NCBI GenBank assembly: GCA_963723495.1
Contig: CAVRQR010000006.1
Span: 498,107 to 562,106, forward strand
Source of the DNA: an uncultured Acidobacteriota bacterium
Lineage (GTDB): Bacteria > Acidobacteriota > Vicinamibacteria > Vicinamibacterales > UBA2999
Direction of reading: 5' to 3'
DNA length: 64,000 nucleotides
Position numbers and translations under genes: made by a program. Shown here one piece after another: positions 1 to 10,117 of the stretch (within the stretch, counting starts at the first letter, position 1; every line of letters starts with the position of its first letter). Below the pieces are notes generated by a model. The model saw nothing but the letters and a program-made list of their open reading frames with translations. It searched no databases and had not been told where the DNA came from.

Positions 1-1
1 G

Positions 2-617
2 CGTCCCACGCCGAAACCCTCGGGCACGCTGGACGCCATCGGCATCGTGAAGGCATTGCTCGAGCACGGCGCCGAACCCAAACGCGATCCTGAATGCACC
101 AATCCTCGTCAGAGTGCACGATCGCGGCGACGGAACACTCGGGGCCGGCGCCACACCCCTCATGCGCGCTGCGAAGAAAGGCGATATCGAGATGATGAGG
201 GTGTTGGTGGCCCACGGCGCCAATCCCACGTTGAGGACGAAGGCCGGGACCGAGGCGCTGATGTTCGCCGCGGGTCTTGGCGGCGCGGGACGCTTCACCG
301 CATTCGAAGACAGGCAGGCGACCGAGGCGGATTTCATCGAGGCGGCGTCACTGTGTCTCGAGCGCGGCGTGGACATCAACGCCATCAACGAGAACGGTCA
401 GACGGCGTTGCATCTGGCTGTAGCGGTCCGGTCCGAGGCTTTCATCGAATTCCTCATCGACCGCGGCGCCAGAGTCGACATCAAGGACAAGCAGGGCCGA
501 ACGCCGATCGACGTCGCAACAGGCGCAGGCGCGCGCGGGCGTGGGGCGGCCGCTCCGGTTCGCGAAAGTGTCGTCGCGCTGCTGCGCGCGGCCATGAGTC
601 GCACGTCACCAAATTGA
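2..617 (+). CDS. Ankyrin-repeat protein, C-terminal part (starts before window; frameshift near 80)
   Basis: Repeats GATPLMRAA, GQTALHLAV and GRTPIDVA. Removing one A from CCCAAACGCG (~80) joins the frames to give KALLEHGAEPNAILNAPILVRVHDRG. Confidence 0.8.
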
Positions 618-658
618 GCGATTGTCAGACCCGTTTCTTTAGCTAGAATCGCCCCGAA

Positions 659-729
659 GTAGCGGCGGGTCTTCAGACCCGCCGTCGAAGACGCCGAGAA
701 ATCAGGCGGGTCTAACGACCCGCCTCTAC
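659..729. repeat. Inverted REP doublet (REPIN-like) with GTAG feet
   Basis: GTAG-CGGCGGGTC-TTCA-GACCCGCCG (659-684) and inverted copy GGCGGGTC-TAAC-GACCCGCC-T-CTAC (705-729). Confidence 0.75.
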
Positions 730-741
730 CTGAATGAAGCC

Positions 742-2358
742 TTGAGCGACGAACGAGATTCGAACGCACGCGATGACCGGTGGTCACGCCGAGATCTGCT
801 GAAGTGCGGAGTGGCGAGTGCCGTCGCTGTCGCCGGCAGTCACTTCATCGCTGGCTCATCGAGGGTGAACGCGGCCGCGCAGGCTGGCAACTCCGGCGAC
901 CTGGTTCTTGTAAACGGCAAGTTCGTCGATGGCCGCGGCCAAGTGGGCACCACACTGACAATCCGGAACGGCCGCATCGCCGGTGTGGGCAAGAGCGTGC
1001 CGCTTGCACCGGACGCCCGCACGATTGACCTTGGTGGCCGGACGGTCATCCCCGGCTTGTTCGACGCGCACGTCCATTACACGCGAGCTGGCGTCAATCC
1101 CGGCTACGAGGCGCGCCGTCTCGAGCGATCCTTCTCGATCGCGGAACTGCAGGAAGCGATCGCCGAGCGGGCGACGTCTGTGCCTCCTGGTCAGTCGATC
1201 ACGTGCATCGGCGGGTGGAACCACACGCAGTTTGCCGAGGCGCGACGGCCGACGAGGAGCGAACTGGATGCCGCCGCCCCGCGGCATTGCGTCTATATTT
1301 CAGGCACTGGCGGCGGGACCGGTGCCATCACGAACAGCCTTGGCAGCGCGTTCTTCGCGACGAAGGGCGTCGCGGTCGATGCGGCCACGGGCGCCGTTGC
1401 CGATGCCGCCGCCGCCGTTGCTGCCCTCCAATCCACGCAAACGCCCGAGGACAAACTGCGCGGGACGACCGAGTTGAACGCACACGCCAACGGGCTCGGG
1501 CTCACTGGCGTGATCAATGGCGGCAATCTCGCCGATCAGGAACTGGCGCTTCGTCTCTGGCGTGAAGACAAACTGACAATCCGCATGCGGCCGCTCTTTC
1601 CCGCAGATTCGCCACAGGACGTCGAGACGCGTGTACTGAACAATTTCAGTCAGGGTGGCCGCGCGGTGGGCGACGACCTGTTCCGCGTTGCCGGCTTCGG
1701 CGAGCGAATCGGCGGCACGGATCCGATGTCTTCGCAGTTCGAGCCGACGGCACGCGTGATCGCCAAACACGGCTGGTTGCTGCAGCAACATTCCATCACG
1801 GTCAAGGAGAACGACTTTCACCTCGAGGCGTTCCGTTCGATCGCGCGCGAGTACCCCATCGGGCAGATGCGATGGTCGATCATTCACCTGCAGGGCATCG
1901 ACGACGCGCGCCTGAAGACGCTCAAGGACCTCGGATGCGGTGCGAGCGCCCAGACATGGACGTACATGGGCACCGCCGGCGGCCCGCCGTTCCGTCGCAT
2001 CGTCGACTCGGGAATCCGCGCCGGCGTCGGCACCGATTCGACCAATGTCTCTGCACTCGACCCCTGGCTGTCGCTGTTCTACATGACGACCGGACGAAAC
2101 GTGGCTGGGGCTCTGACCAATGACGGCCAGCAGATTTCACGCCTCGAAGCGCTTCGCCTGTATACGGAGGGAGCTGCGTGGTTTTCTTTCGACGATCACC
2201 AGCTTGGCTCGTTCGTCGAAGGTAAGTATGCGGACCTGGCCGTGCTCAGTCATGACTACCTGACGGTGCCCGATCAGATGATTCGTAAGATCGAGTCGGT
2301 GTTGACAATGGTAGGAGGGAAGATCGTGCACACGGCCGGAAGCTTCGCTCGTCCATGA
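742..2358 (+). CDS. Tat-exported metal-dependent amidohydrolase (Amidohydro_3/YtcJ-like)
   Basis: SRRDLLK twin-arginine signal; IDLGGRTVIPGLFDAHVH metal motif; GTDS; C-terminal GKYADLAVL and TMVGGKIVH. Confidence 0.85.
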   Translation: MSDERDSNARDDRWSRRDLLKCGVASAVAVAGSHFIAGSSRVNAAAQAGNSGDLVLVNGKFVDGRGQVGTTLTIRNGRIAGVGKSVPLAPDARTIDLGGRTVIPGLFDAHVHYTRAGVNPGYEARRLERSFSIAELQEAIAERATSVPPGQSITCIGGWNHTQFAEARRPTRSELDAAAPRHCVYISGTGGGTGAITNSLGSAFFATKGVAVDAATGAVADAAAAVAALQSTQTPEDKLRGTTELNAHANGLGLTGVINGGNLADQELALRLWREDKLTIRMRPLFPADSPQDVETRVLNNFSQGGRAVGDDLFRVAGFGERIGGTDPMSSQFEPTARVIAKHGWLLQQHSITVKENDFHLEAFRSIAREYPIGQMRWSIIHLQGIDDARLKTLKDLGCGASAQTWTYMGTAGGPPFRRIVDSGIRAGVGTDSTNVSALDPWLSLFYMTTGRNVAGALTNDGQQISRLEALRLYTEGAAWFSFDDHQLGSFVEGKYADLAVLSHDYLTVPDQMIRKIESVLTMVGGKIVHTAGSFARP

Positions 2359-3224
2359 CCACTCTTTCTTCTCCGGCGGACCGTCTCAGGAGCCTCCTCG
2401 CGCGGGGCACCATCCTGATCATGCCCGGCTGTCACGACGCGATGTCTGCACGCCTCATCGAGGCCGGGGGTTTCGAGATCGGATTCATGAGCGGCTTTGC
2501 AGTGTCAGCCGATCGGCTCGGCATGCCCGATACCGGCTTGATCTCTTACGCCGAGCTCGTCGATCAGGGACAAAACATCTGCCGGGCGGTGAGCATTCCG
2601 CTCATTGGCGACGGCGACACCGGTTTCGGGAGCGCACAGAACATCAAGCGAACCGTCCAGGGGTATGCGCGTGCGGGCTTTGCGGCCATCATGCTCGAAG
2701 ATCAGGTCGCGCCCAAGCGGTGTGGCCACACTGAAGGCAAGTCGGTCGTCGGCCGCGACGAAGCGCTGACTCGGGTGCGTGCCGCCGTGGATGCGCGCGA
2801 CGCTGGCGACGAGATCCTGATCATGGCGCGCACCGACGCCCGCGCCATCCACGGGTTGGACGAGGCGATCGAACGCTGTCAGGCCTTCAGGGCGCTTGGC
2901 GCCGACATCACGTTTCTCGAAGCACCGGTCAGCGAGGAAGAGATGCGGCGCTACTGCGTCGAGGTGGATGGACCGAAGATGGCCAACCTGATCGAGGGTG
3001 GCAAGACGCCGCTGCTGCCGCCATCGCGTCTCGAGCAGATTGGCTATGCCATCGCCGTGTATCCGCTGACGCTGCTCAACGTCTCGATCGCGGCCATGCG
3101 GTCGGCGCTCGTGAGCCTGAAACGAGGAGAAGCCCCTGCCGGCATCATGAACTTCGAGGACTTGAAACAGGCGGTGGGGTTTCCCGAGTACTACGCCGAA
3201 GAGGCCAGGTACCGCTCGGTCTGA
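2355..3224 (+). CDS. Isocitrate lyase/PEP mutase family C-C lyase (methylisocitrate or dimethylmalate lyase-like)
   Basis: DGDTGFG, EDQVAPKRCGH and ARTDA motifs; ATGA overlap with upstream gene. Confidence 0.9.
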   Translation: MTTLSSPADRLRSLLARGTILIMPGCHDAMSARLIEAGGFEIGFMSGFAVSADRLGMPDTGLISYAELVDQGQNICRAVSIPLIGDGDTGFGSAQNIKRTVQGYARAGFAAIMLEDQVAPKRCGHTEGKSVVGRDEALTRVRAAVDARDAGDEILIMARTDARAIHGLDEAIERCQAFRALGADITFLEAPVSEEEMRRYCVEVDGPKMANLIEGGKTPLLPPSRLEQIGYAIAVYPLTLLNVSIAAMRSALVSLKRGEAPAGIMNFEDLKQAVGFPEYYAEEARYRSV

Positions 3225-3248
3225 TTCACGTCACTGAGCGATCAGAAA

Positions 3249-3329
3249 AACTCCCAACGCCCAACATCCAACTCCCAACCGATCAGCGTTGGGAGTTGGG
3301 AGTGGGTCGAGCGATAGTCGTTGGAAGTT
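3249..3329. repeat. Heptamer (AACTCCC) tandem/inverted repeat hairpin between convergent genes
   Basis: AACTCCC AACGCCC AACATCC AACTCCC AAC ... GTT GGGAGTT GGGAGTG. Confidence 0.75.
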
Positions 3330-4563
3330 ACGTCGAAGCAGGAGTCTTCTGCATCACGCGATCGACGATCTCCTTGAACTCGTCTGCCGTCAGCAGATCC
3401 TTCTTCTCGAACGACTTCGCCTTCACCTGCTGCAGCATCGCCATCCGCTCTTCGTCAGTGGCCTTCACGCCGAGCTTCTCGCACCACTCTTCCATCGACG
3501 GCGGCCCGCTGTTCTTGCCGAGCACGATCGAGACCGGCTTCTGGCCGACGAGGTCGGGAGCAAAAGGTACGTACTCGAGCGGATGATCCTTGCGCGCGAG
3601 GCGGACCCAGCCGGCGATGATGCCCGACTCGACCTCGTACAGCTTGTCGCCGACAATCGGCCGATTCGGCGGCTGCGTCACCTTGGCGAGATCCATGACG
3701 TAGCGCGACACCTCGACGAACTTCTCGGTCTTGATACCGAGATTCACCCCGTGGAGACACAGCAGCGACATCACGACGTCCTCGACCGGGACGTTGCCGG
3801 CACGCTCGCCGAGCCCGGTGATCGTCGTATGCGCCACAGAGGCGCCTGCAGCCAGAGCAGCCACGGTGTTTGCGACACCCAGGCCGAAGTCCTGATGACA
3901 GTGAATCTCGACCGGTTTCTTGAGCCGATCGATCACCTTCTTCACGACGTGCGACACCGCGTCCGGCGTGCAGACACCCATCGTGTCGGCGATCGTCAGC
4001 GCGTCCATGTGTCCTTCGGTGGCCACCTGCTCGACGATGTCGAGGAAGCGATTAAGCTCGGTGCGAGTGGCGTCGATGGTGAAAAAGACCGTGTAGAGAC
4101 CGGCAGCCTTCGCGGCCAACGTCGTTTCGATCGACGCCTTCATCGCGCGCTCGATCGGCCAGCCGTAGCCGTACTTGATCATGTGATCGCTGGCCGGGAT
4201 CTCGATGACGACACCCGAGCAGCCACACGCTTTGATGACCTCGATCTCGGCGGGAATGCAGCGGGCGAAGCCGAAGATCTCGGCCTTGAGTCCCAGCGCG
4301 GCGATGTCGGAGATCGCGGCCTTGTCTTGCGGCGACACCGCCGGCATGCCGGCCTCGATGCGGTGGATGCCGAGCGAGTCGAGCTTCTTCGCGATGGCGA
4401 CCTTCTCCTCGCGACGGAAGACCACGGCCGTCTGCTGCTCGCCGTCCCGGAGGGTCACGTCGTGAATCTTGAGGTTGCCGCCAAAGGCCTGCTTCTGCCG
4501 CACTTCCGGCAGATACGACCATGGGCTGCTGAACCATTTGTCTGTTTTCCAGGGCTCTTGCAT
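3328..4563 (-). CDS. DRE-TIM metallolyase (LeuA/homocitrate synthase-like acetyl-CoA condensing enzyme)
   Basis: HDVTLRDGEQ, EIHCHQDFG and GLGERAGN motifs; start placed at MQEPWK (4563). Confidence 0.85.
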   Translation of the reverse strand: MQEPWKTDKWFSSPWSYLPEVRQKQAFGGNLKIHDVTLRDGEQQTAVVFRREEKVAIAKKLDSLGIHRIEAGMPAVSPQDKAAISDIAALGLKAEIFGFARCIPAEIEVIKACGCSGVVIEIPASDHMIKYGYGWPIERAMKASIETTLAAKAAGLYTVFFTIDATRTELNRFLDIVEQVATEGHMDALTIADTMGVCTPDAVSHVVKKVIDRLKKPVEIHCHQDFGLGVANTVAALAAGASVAHTTITGLGERAGNVPVEDVVMSLLCLHGVNLGIKTEKFVEVSRYVMDLAKVTQPPNRPIVGDKLYEVESGIIAGWVRLARKDHPLEYVPFAPDLVGQKPVSIVLGKNSGPPSMEEWCEKLGVKATDEERMAMLQQVKAKSFEKKDLLTADEFKEIVDRVMQKTPAST

Positions 4564-4568
4564 CTCTA

Positions 4569-4656
4569 AACTCCCAATCAAATCTCCAATTACCAACTCC
4601 CAAACTGCCTCCCCGCCTCCCCCTTTTGGGAGTTGGCGTCCTGGGAGTTGGGAGTT
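4569..4656. repeat. Heptamer (AACTCCC) hairpin repeat in divergent intergenic region
   Basis: AACTCCCAA..AACTCCCAA ... TTGGGAGTT..GGGAGTTGGGAGTT. Confidence 0.7.
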
Positions 4657-4702
4657 CGGCGCAGCCGGTGATGTTACGATCTGGATTGGTACAAAGTCCA
4701 CG

Positions 4703-7481
4703 ATGCCACGTATCCGCTTCACTTTGAACGGGAAAGAAACCACCGCCTCCTACGAACCGGGCATGCACCTGCTGGAGGTGCTGCGCGAGGAATGCGGCGT
4801 TGTCTCGGCCAAGAACGGGTGTGCCCCGGAAGGGGCGTGCGGCTGCTGCCTCGTCCTCATCGATGGGACGCCGGCCCTCTCGTGCCTGAGGAAACCCGAG
4901 CAGACCGAAGGCCGCGAGATTGTGACCCTCGAGGGTTTGCCCGAGGACGTGCGCAAGCGGATGAGCGACGCCTTCGTCCTCGAGGGAGGCGTGCAATGCG
5001 GCTTCTGCATCCCGGGGATCGTGGTGCGTGCCTCGACCCTGGTGGAGCAAGGAAAGGCGAACGATCGCGCGGCAATCGCCAAGGCGCTCGACGGGCACCT
5101 CTGCCGCTGCACCGGGTACGGGCGAATCATCGACGCGATTCAGACCGCCGGTGAGGCCTCGGCGTGCGGCGATCGGCTCACCCGCACCGAACCACGCAGG
5201 CACTCCTTCTTCGGCGAGGAGCTCGGCCTGACGCGAAACCCCGCCTTTGGCAACGGCAACGGAACCAGCAACGGCAAGGGCCAGGGTGTAGGTCACTCAA
5301 GTCTGCGGCTCAACGGCGCCGAACAGACGTTGGGTGACAAGCACTTCATCGACGACATGCGCGTCCCCGGGATGCTGCATGGCGCGATGGTCCTGACCGA
5401 GCATCCACGCGCGCGCATCCTGAAGATTCACGTCGACGAAGCGGCAGCAATGCCGGGCGTCGTTCGGGTTCTCACAGCCGCCGATGTCCCTGGCTTCCGC
5501 GGCCAAGGCTTGAACGATGCCGATCAGCCAATCTTCGTGGCGGAGGGCGAGCTAACCTGCTGCGTCGCCGACTTCCTGGCGATGGTGGTGGCGGATACGC
5601 AGTTTCACGCGCGGCAGGCCGCCGCCAAGGTCCGGATCGACTACGAGGTCCTCGAGCCGCTCACCGATGTATTCGAGGCGCTGAAAACCGGGGCACCGCT
5701 GGTGCACTCGGCGGAGACGTTCGCGCCGCGGACGTCGAATGTTCTGCAGCCAACGACGGCGTTCTCGCGCGGTGACGTGGACGCGGTACTGGCTACGGCG
5801 GCGCACGTCATCGAAACCACCTTCGAGACGCAGCCGATTGAGATTGCGTTCCTCGAGCCCGAGGCGTGCCTGGCGATGCCGAGCGGGAACGGGATTCGGG
5901 TCTATACCGACAGCCAGGGATCGGTCTACGACCACGCACAGCTCGCGAAGATCCTCAGCCTCGATCCGAAAGACGTCGAAGTCACACTGGTGGCGAGCGG
6001 CGGCGCGTTTGGCGCGAAAGAAGAACTGTCGATTCAGGGGCAGACGGCGATCGCCGCCCTGCTGCTCGGCCGCCCGGTGAAGACGGTGCTGACGCGGACG
6101 CAATCCACGCAGCATCACGTCAAGCGCCACGCGATGACGGTGAAACTCACGGTCGGCGCCGACGCAGGCGGGCATCTGCTCGCGCTGCGCTCGCGAATCG
6201 TGGCCGACGCAGGCGGCTATCACACGACGAGCGCCAAGTGCGCGTTACGCGCGGCGTGTCACTCGTGCGGCGTCTACCGCATCCCGAATGTCGATGTCGA
6301 AGCCAAGGCGGTCTACACGAACAACCCCAATGCCGGCGCGATGCGCGGTTTCGGCAGCAACCAGGCGCAGTTCGCGATGGAAGGCGTGATGGACATGCTG
6401 GCCGAGAAGGTCGGCGTGGACGGCTGGGACATCCGCGAACGCAACATCCTGAACCCCGGCGACAAGCTCGGGACCGGGCAGGTCATGCGCGACAGCGTGC
6501 GCGGCATTCGCGAGACGCTCAACGCCGTGAAGGACGTCTACAAGCGTTCGAAATACAAGGGCATCGGCTGCGGCATCAAGAGCACGGGCCTCGGCAACGG
6601 AACGACCGAGGGCGGACACATCAAGATCCGCGTGCTCGACGGCGGCCGCCTCGAGATCCTGAACGGCTACACGGAAATGGGCCAGGGGATCTACACGGCG
6701 ACGATGCAGGCGGTGTGCGAGGAGACTCACCTGCCCGCGGACATCATGACCGTCTCGTGGGACAAGGAGCTCGGCGAGAAGTGTGGCGAGACGTGGGCGT
6801 CTCGCGGGACGACGCTGAGTTGTGCAGCCGCGCAGCAGGCGGCGCGCAAGCTGGCCGCCGACCTCGACGCGATCCCGATCACCAAGGAACCGAGCACCGC
6901 CACGCCGGACCCTCGCCTCAAAGTGTCTCAGCTGCAGCTACTGGCGGGGCGCGAGTACCTCCGGCGAGTACGTCTGTAACTTCACGACCCGACCGGGTAC
7001 GCCCGAGGCGGTCCTGAACCCGACGACGCACCTGACCTTCAGTTACGCCGCGCAGGTCGTCATCCTCGATGACCAGGGCAAGCTTCAGCGGGTCGTCGTG
7101 GCCAACGACGTCGGCCGGGCGATCAACCCGCGCCTGTGCGCCGAGCAGATGGAAGGCGGCGTGCACATGGGGCTCGGTTACGCGCTGTCGGAGAACTTCA
7201 CGTCCACCGATGGCATCCCTGACTCTCTGGGACTGCGCGAGGTCGGCCTCGTGCCAGCGAAGCACATGCCTGACATCGACGTCATCCTGATCGAAGTGCC
7301 CGACGAAGTCGGCGGCTACGGCGCGAAAGGCGTTGGTGAGATCGGATGCGTGGCAACGGCCGGCGCCGTGGCCGGAGCGCTCCACTCGTACGACGGCATC
7401 AGACGCGTCAGCCTGCCCATGGACGATGCGCCGGCGGCGAAGCCGCTTCTCCCGAAGAAACGCAAGACCCGCCGGCTTTAG
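4703..7481 (+). CDS. Xanthine dehydrogenase-family Mo-hydroxylase with fused N-terminal 2x[2Fe-2S] domain (frameshift near 6959)
   Basis: GCAPEGACGCC, QCGFCIPG, HLCRCTGY, GGAFGAK and AMRGFG motifs; the C-terminal frame carries EQMEGG and GAKGVGE; the two ORFs join by removing one C after GTAC. Confidence 0.85.
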
Positions 7482-7491
7482 TCAATACTCG

Positions 7492-8619
7492 ATGAACCGT
7501 CGTCGACTTCTCGCTGCCTGCGCGCTTCTGGTGGCTGCGCTCGTTGCCTACCCCGTGCGCGTCACCCGCAACATGCGCGATTTCGAGGTCTGGTGGACTG
7601 CCGCAGAACGAGCGATGGTCGCTGAGCCCCTGTATCGCGCCGCGGACGGACACTACCAGTTCAAGTACTTGCCGGCATTCGCGGTGCTGGCGATGCCTCT
7701 GGGCGTCCTGCCGCTTCCAGCCGCGAAGCCTCTGTGGTTCTTTGTCTCTGTCGCGATGATCGTCGCGCTCATCGCGTTCAGCATCCGGCTGCTCCCCGAG
7801 CAAAGAAGACCCACCTGGGTGCTCGCCGTGATGGCGGTCCTGGCCATGGGCAAGTTCTATGCGCGGGAGCTCGACCTGGGTCAGGTCAATCTACCCTTCG
7901 CTCTTGCGGCGACGGGAGCGCTTGTGGCCATGAAAAAGGGACGAGAGCTGCTTGCGGCCGCGCTGCTGGTGCTGACGGTCGCCATCAAACCGTATGGCGT
8001 CCTCTTGCTTCCGAGCCTCGTGGTTCGACGCCAAAGGGCCACAGCTGTGGCGGCAGCCATTGGGGTGTGGTTGCTTCTGTTGCTGCCGGTGCCGCTCTAT
8101 GGGGTGGCGGCCACCATCGACCTCCATTGGAGCTGGTGGAGCACCGTCACCGAGACCACGCCGCCCAATCTGTTGACTCCCGACAACGTCTCGCTCGCGT
8201 CCATGTGGGCCAAGTGGCTCGGCATGAGCGCGACGTCTGTAATGCTGGCGACGGCATCTTCGCTGGCGCTACTCGGTGCCGCCGCGATTGTGTTTCTTCG
8301 ACGTCGGTCCGTTCCGTTCCCGGAAGGGCTCGAAGGAAGCCTGCTGCTGTTGCTGATTCCGCTGCTGTCTCCGCAGGGATGGGACTACGTGCTGCTCTTG
8401 GCAACGCCCGCCGTGATCTACCTGGCGAATTACCTGGACACCCTGCCTCCAGTGTGGCGCGGAGTCACGGTCGCCGCCGCACTGACCATCGGCCTCAGCA
8501 TCTGGGATCTCATGGGCCGTGCGGCATACTCGGCCTTCATGGACGCGGCCGTCCTCAGCGTGTGCGCCGTGGTGCTGGTGGCGGCGCTGTGCACGCTTCG
8601 GCTGCGCGGAGTTGCGTAG
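7492..8619 (+). CDS. GT87/DUF2029-type integral membrane glycosyltransferase
   Basis: RDFEVW, LY..FKYLP, GQVN and IKPY motifs; multiple TM helices. Confidence 0.75.
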   Translation: MNRRRLLAACALLVAALVAYPVRVTRNMRDFEVWWTAAERAMVAEPLYRAADGHYQFKYLPAFAVLAMPLGVLPLPAAKPLWFFVSVAMIVALIAFSIRLLPEQRRPTWVLAVMAVLAMGKFYARELDLGQVNLPFALAATGALVAMKKGRELLAAALLVLTVAIKPYGVLLLPSLVVRRQRATAVAAAIGVWLLLLLPVPLYGVAATIDLHWSWWSTVTETTPPNLLTPDNVSLASMWAKWLGMSATSVMLATASSLALLGAAAIVFLRRRSVPFPEGLEGSLLLLLIPLLSPQGWDYVLLLATPAVIYLANYLDTLPPVWRGVTVAAALTIGLSIWDLMGRAAYSAFMDAAVLSVCAVVLVAALCTLRLRGVA

Positions 8620-8733
8620 GCGGTTCACAGCAAGGTTCTCGGCCCAGTGTCTTGACTCCCCCCCGTCCTCTATGTACAGCTTTTTCGTTTTCTGATTCAT
8701 CCGCCGCCATCACTCTGAGGAGCCGGAGCACAC

Positions 8734-10002
8734 ATGGGAGCTAATTTCGGAATCGCGGGACTCGACTGGCAACAGCGCGTCAACTGGGACCGTATGCGCA
8801 AGTACCGCACGGAGCGGGCGCGCGAGCGCATGAAGGCGCACGGCCTTGGCGCCATGCTCTGCATGTACGACGAGAACGTCCGCTACATCACCGGCACGCT
8901 GACTCCGGGATGGAACCGGCTCAAGCCCGGTCTGCGCTACGCGATCATCTGCGGCGACGATCCGCCGGTGCTCTTCGAGCAGGGCGACCTCGGCTTCCAG
9001 ATCGAGCGCCACTCGCCGTGGATTCCGAAGGAGAACGTCCGCTGGTCCTACGCCTGGATCAAGGGCGCGGCCGGCCCGGCGTCGCAGCAGCAGGTCAAGA
9101 AGTTCACGCAGGCGATCATCCAGGAGATGAAGAAGAGCGGCGTCGGTGGCCAGAAGCTCGGCGTCGACTTCATCGACATCAACATGATCCAGGCGTTCAA
9201 GGACGCCAACGTCGAGTGGACCGACGGCATGTCCGCCATGATGGAAGCGCGTGCCGTCAAGAACGTGGACGAGCAGGAATGCCTCCGCATGGTCGGCGCC
9301 ATCGGCGACGCCGCGCACTGGGAGACGATGAAGTTCCTGAAGCCGGGAGTGACCGAGAACCAGGTCACCGCGCACATCATGAAGTTCCTCTACTCGATTC
9401 CGGGCATGGAGGACGTCGAGGACGTGATCGTCTCGAGCGGCCCGAACACGTGGCCGAACTGGCGGAACTTCTCGGATCGCATCATCCAGCCGGGCGACAT
9501 CGTGTTCATGGACCTCGCCGCGCTCACCTGGAACGGCTACAAGTCGTGCTACTACCGGACCTACTGCGTCGGCAAGGAGCCGAGCCAGGAGCAGAAGGAC
9601 ATCTACGCCACGGCGCTCGAGTGGCTGTACGACTCGATCAACGCCGTGAAAGCGGGCACGACGACCAGAGAGATCGCCTCGAAGTGGCCGTCCGCGAAGG
9701 ACGCGTGGGGTTACGCCGAAGAAGATCAGGCGGCAGCCAACCTGTGGGGCCACGGGCTCGGACTCGCCCAGTACGATCCCCCGGTCATCTCGCGCATCTG
9801 GTCGCTCGACCATCCGATCGAGATCAAGTCCGGGATGGTGTTCGCGCTCGAGACCCAGCACGGCAAGCTGTTCCGCTGGGGCGTCCGCATCGAGGAAATG
9901 CTCATCGTCCACGACGATCGCATCGAAATCATCTCCAACTTCCCGGTCCAGCAGATCACTGTGGTCGATCCGATACCGGGGTACGGGGCACACGTTAAGT
10001 GA
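8734..10002 (+). CDS. M24 (Xaa-Pro peptidase/creatinase fold) hydrolase
   Basis: Creatinase_N region, RAVK..E, GHGLG, FALET and GVRIEE; RBS GGAG. Confidence 0.85.
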   Translation: MGANFGIAGLDWQQRVNWDRMRKYRTERARERMKAHGLGAMLCMYDENVRYITGTLTPGWNRLKPGLRYAIICGDDPPVLFEQGDLGFQIERHSPWIPKENVRWSYAWIKGAAGPASQQQVKKFTQAIIQEMKKSGVGGQKLGVDFIDINMIQAFKDANVEWTDGMSAMMEARAVKNVDEQECLRMVGAIGDAAHWETMKFLKPGVTENQVTAHIMKFLYSIPGMEDVEDVIVSSGPNTWPNWRNFSDRIIQPGDIVFMDLAALTWNGYKSCYYRTYCVGKEPSQEQKDIYATALEWLYDSINAVKAGTTTREIASKWPSAKDAWGYAEEDQAAANLWGHGLGLAQYDPPVISRIWSLDHPIEIKSGMVFALETQHGKLFRWGVRIEEMLIVHDDRIEIISNFPVQQITVVDPIPGYGAHVK

Positions 10003-10011
10003 GCTCACGTC

Positions 10012-10117
10012 GTTCGAGTTTCTCGGTTCTCACTTCTCGGTTCGTGTTCACGTTCGGTTGCCAGAACCGAACGTGAAGCTGAACACGAACTGAGAAGCAG
10101 AAGTGAGAAGTGTGAAC
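10012..10117. repeat. Long imperfect inverted repeat built from 6-7-mer TTC-containing units
   Basis: TTCTCGG TTCTCAC TTCTCGG TTCGTG TTCACG TTCGG ... CCGAA CGTGAA..CACGAA CTGAGAA..GTGAGAA. Confidence 0.7.

Noticed and set aside
3289-4569. Long antisense or alternate-frame ORFs (also 8710-10008, 5866-7017, 27408-28487, 48171-49268, 59572-60585)
   Set aside because: Shadows of real genes in high-GC DNA; Arg/Pro-rich with no motifs
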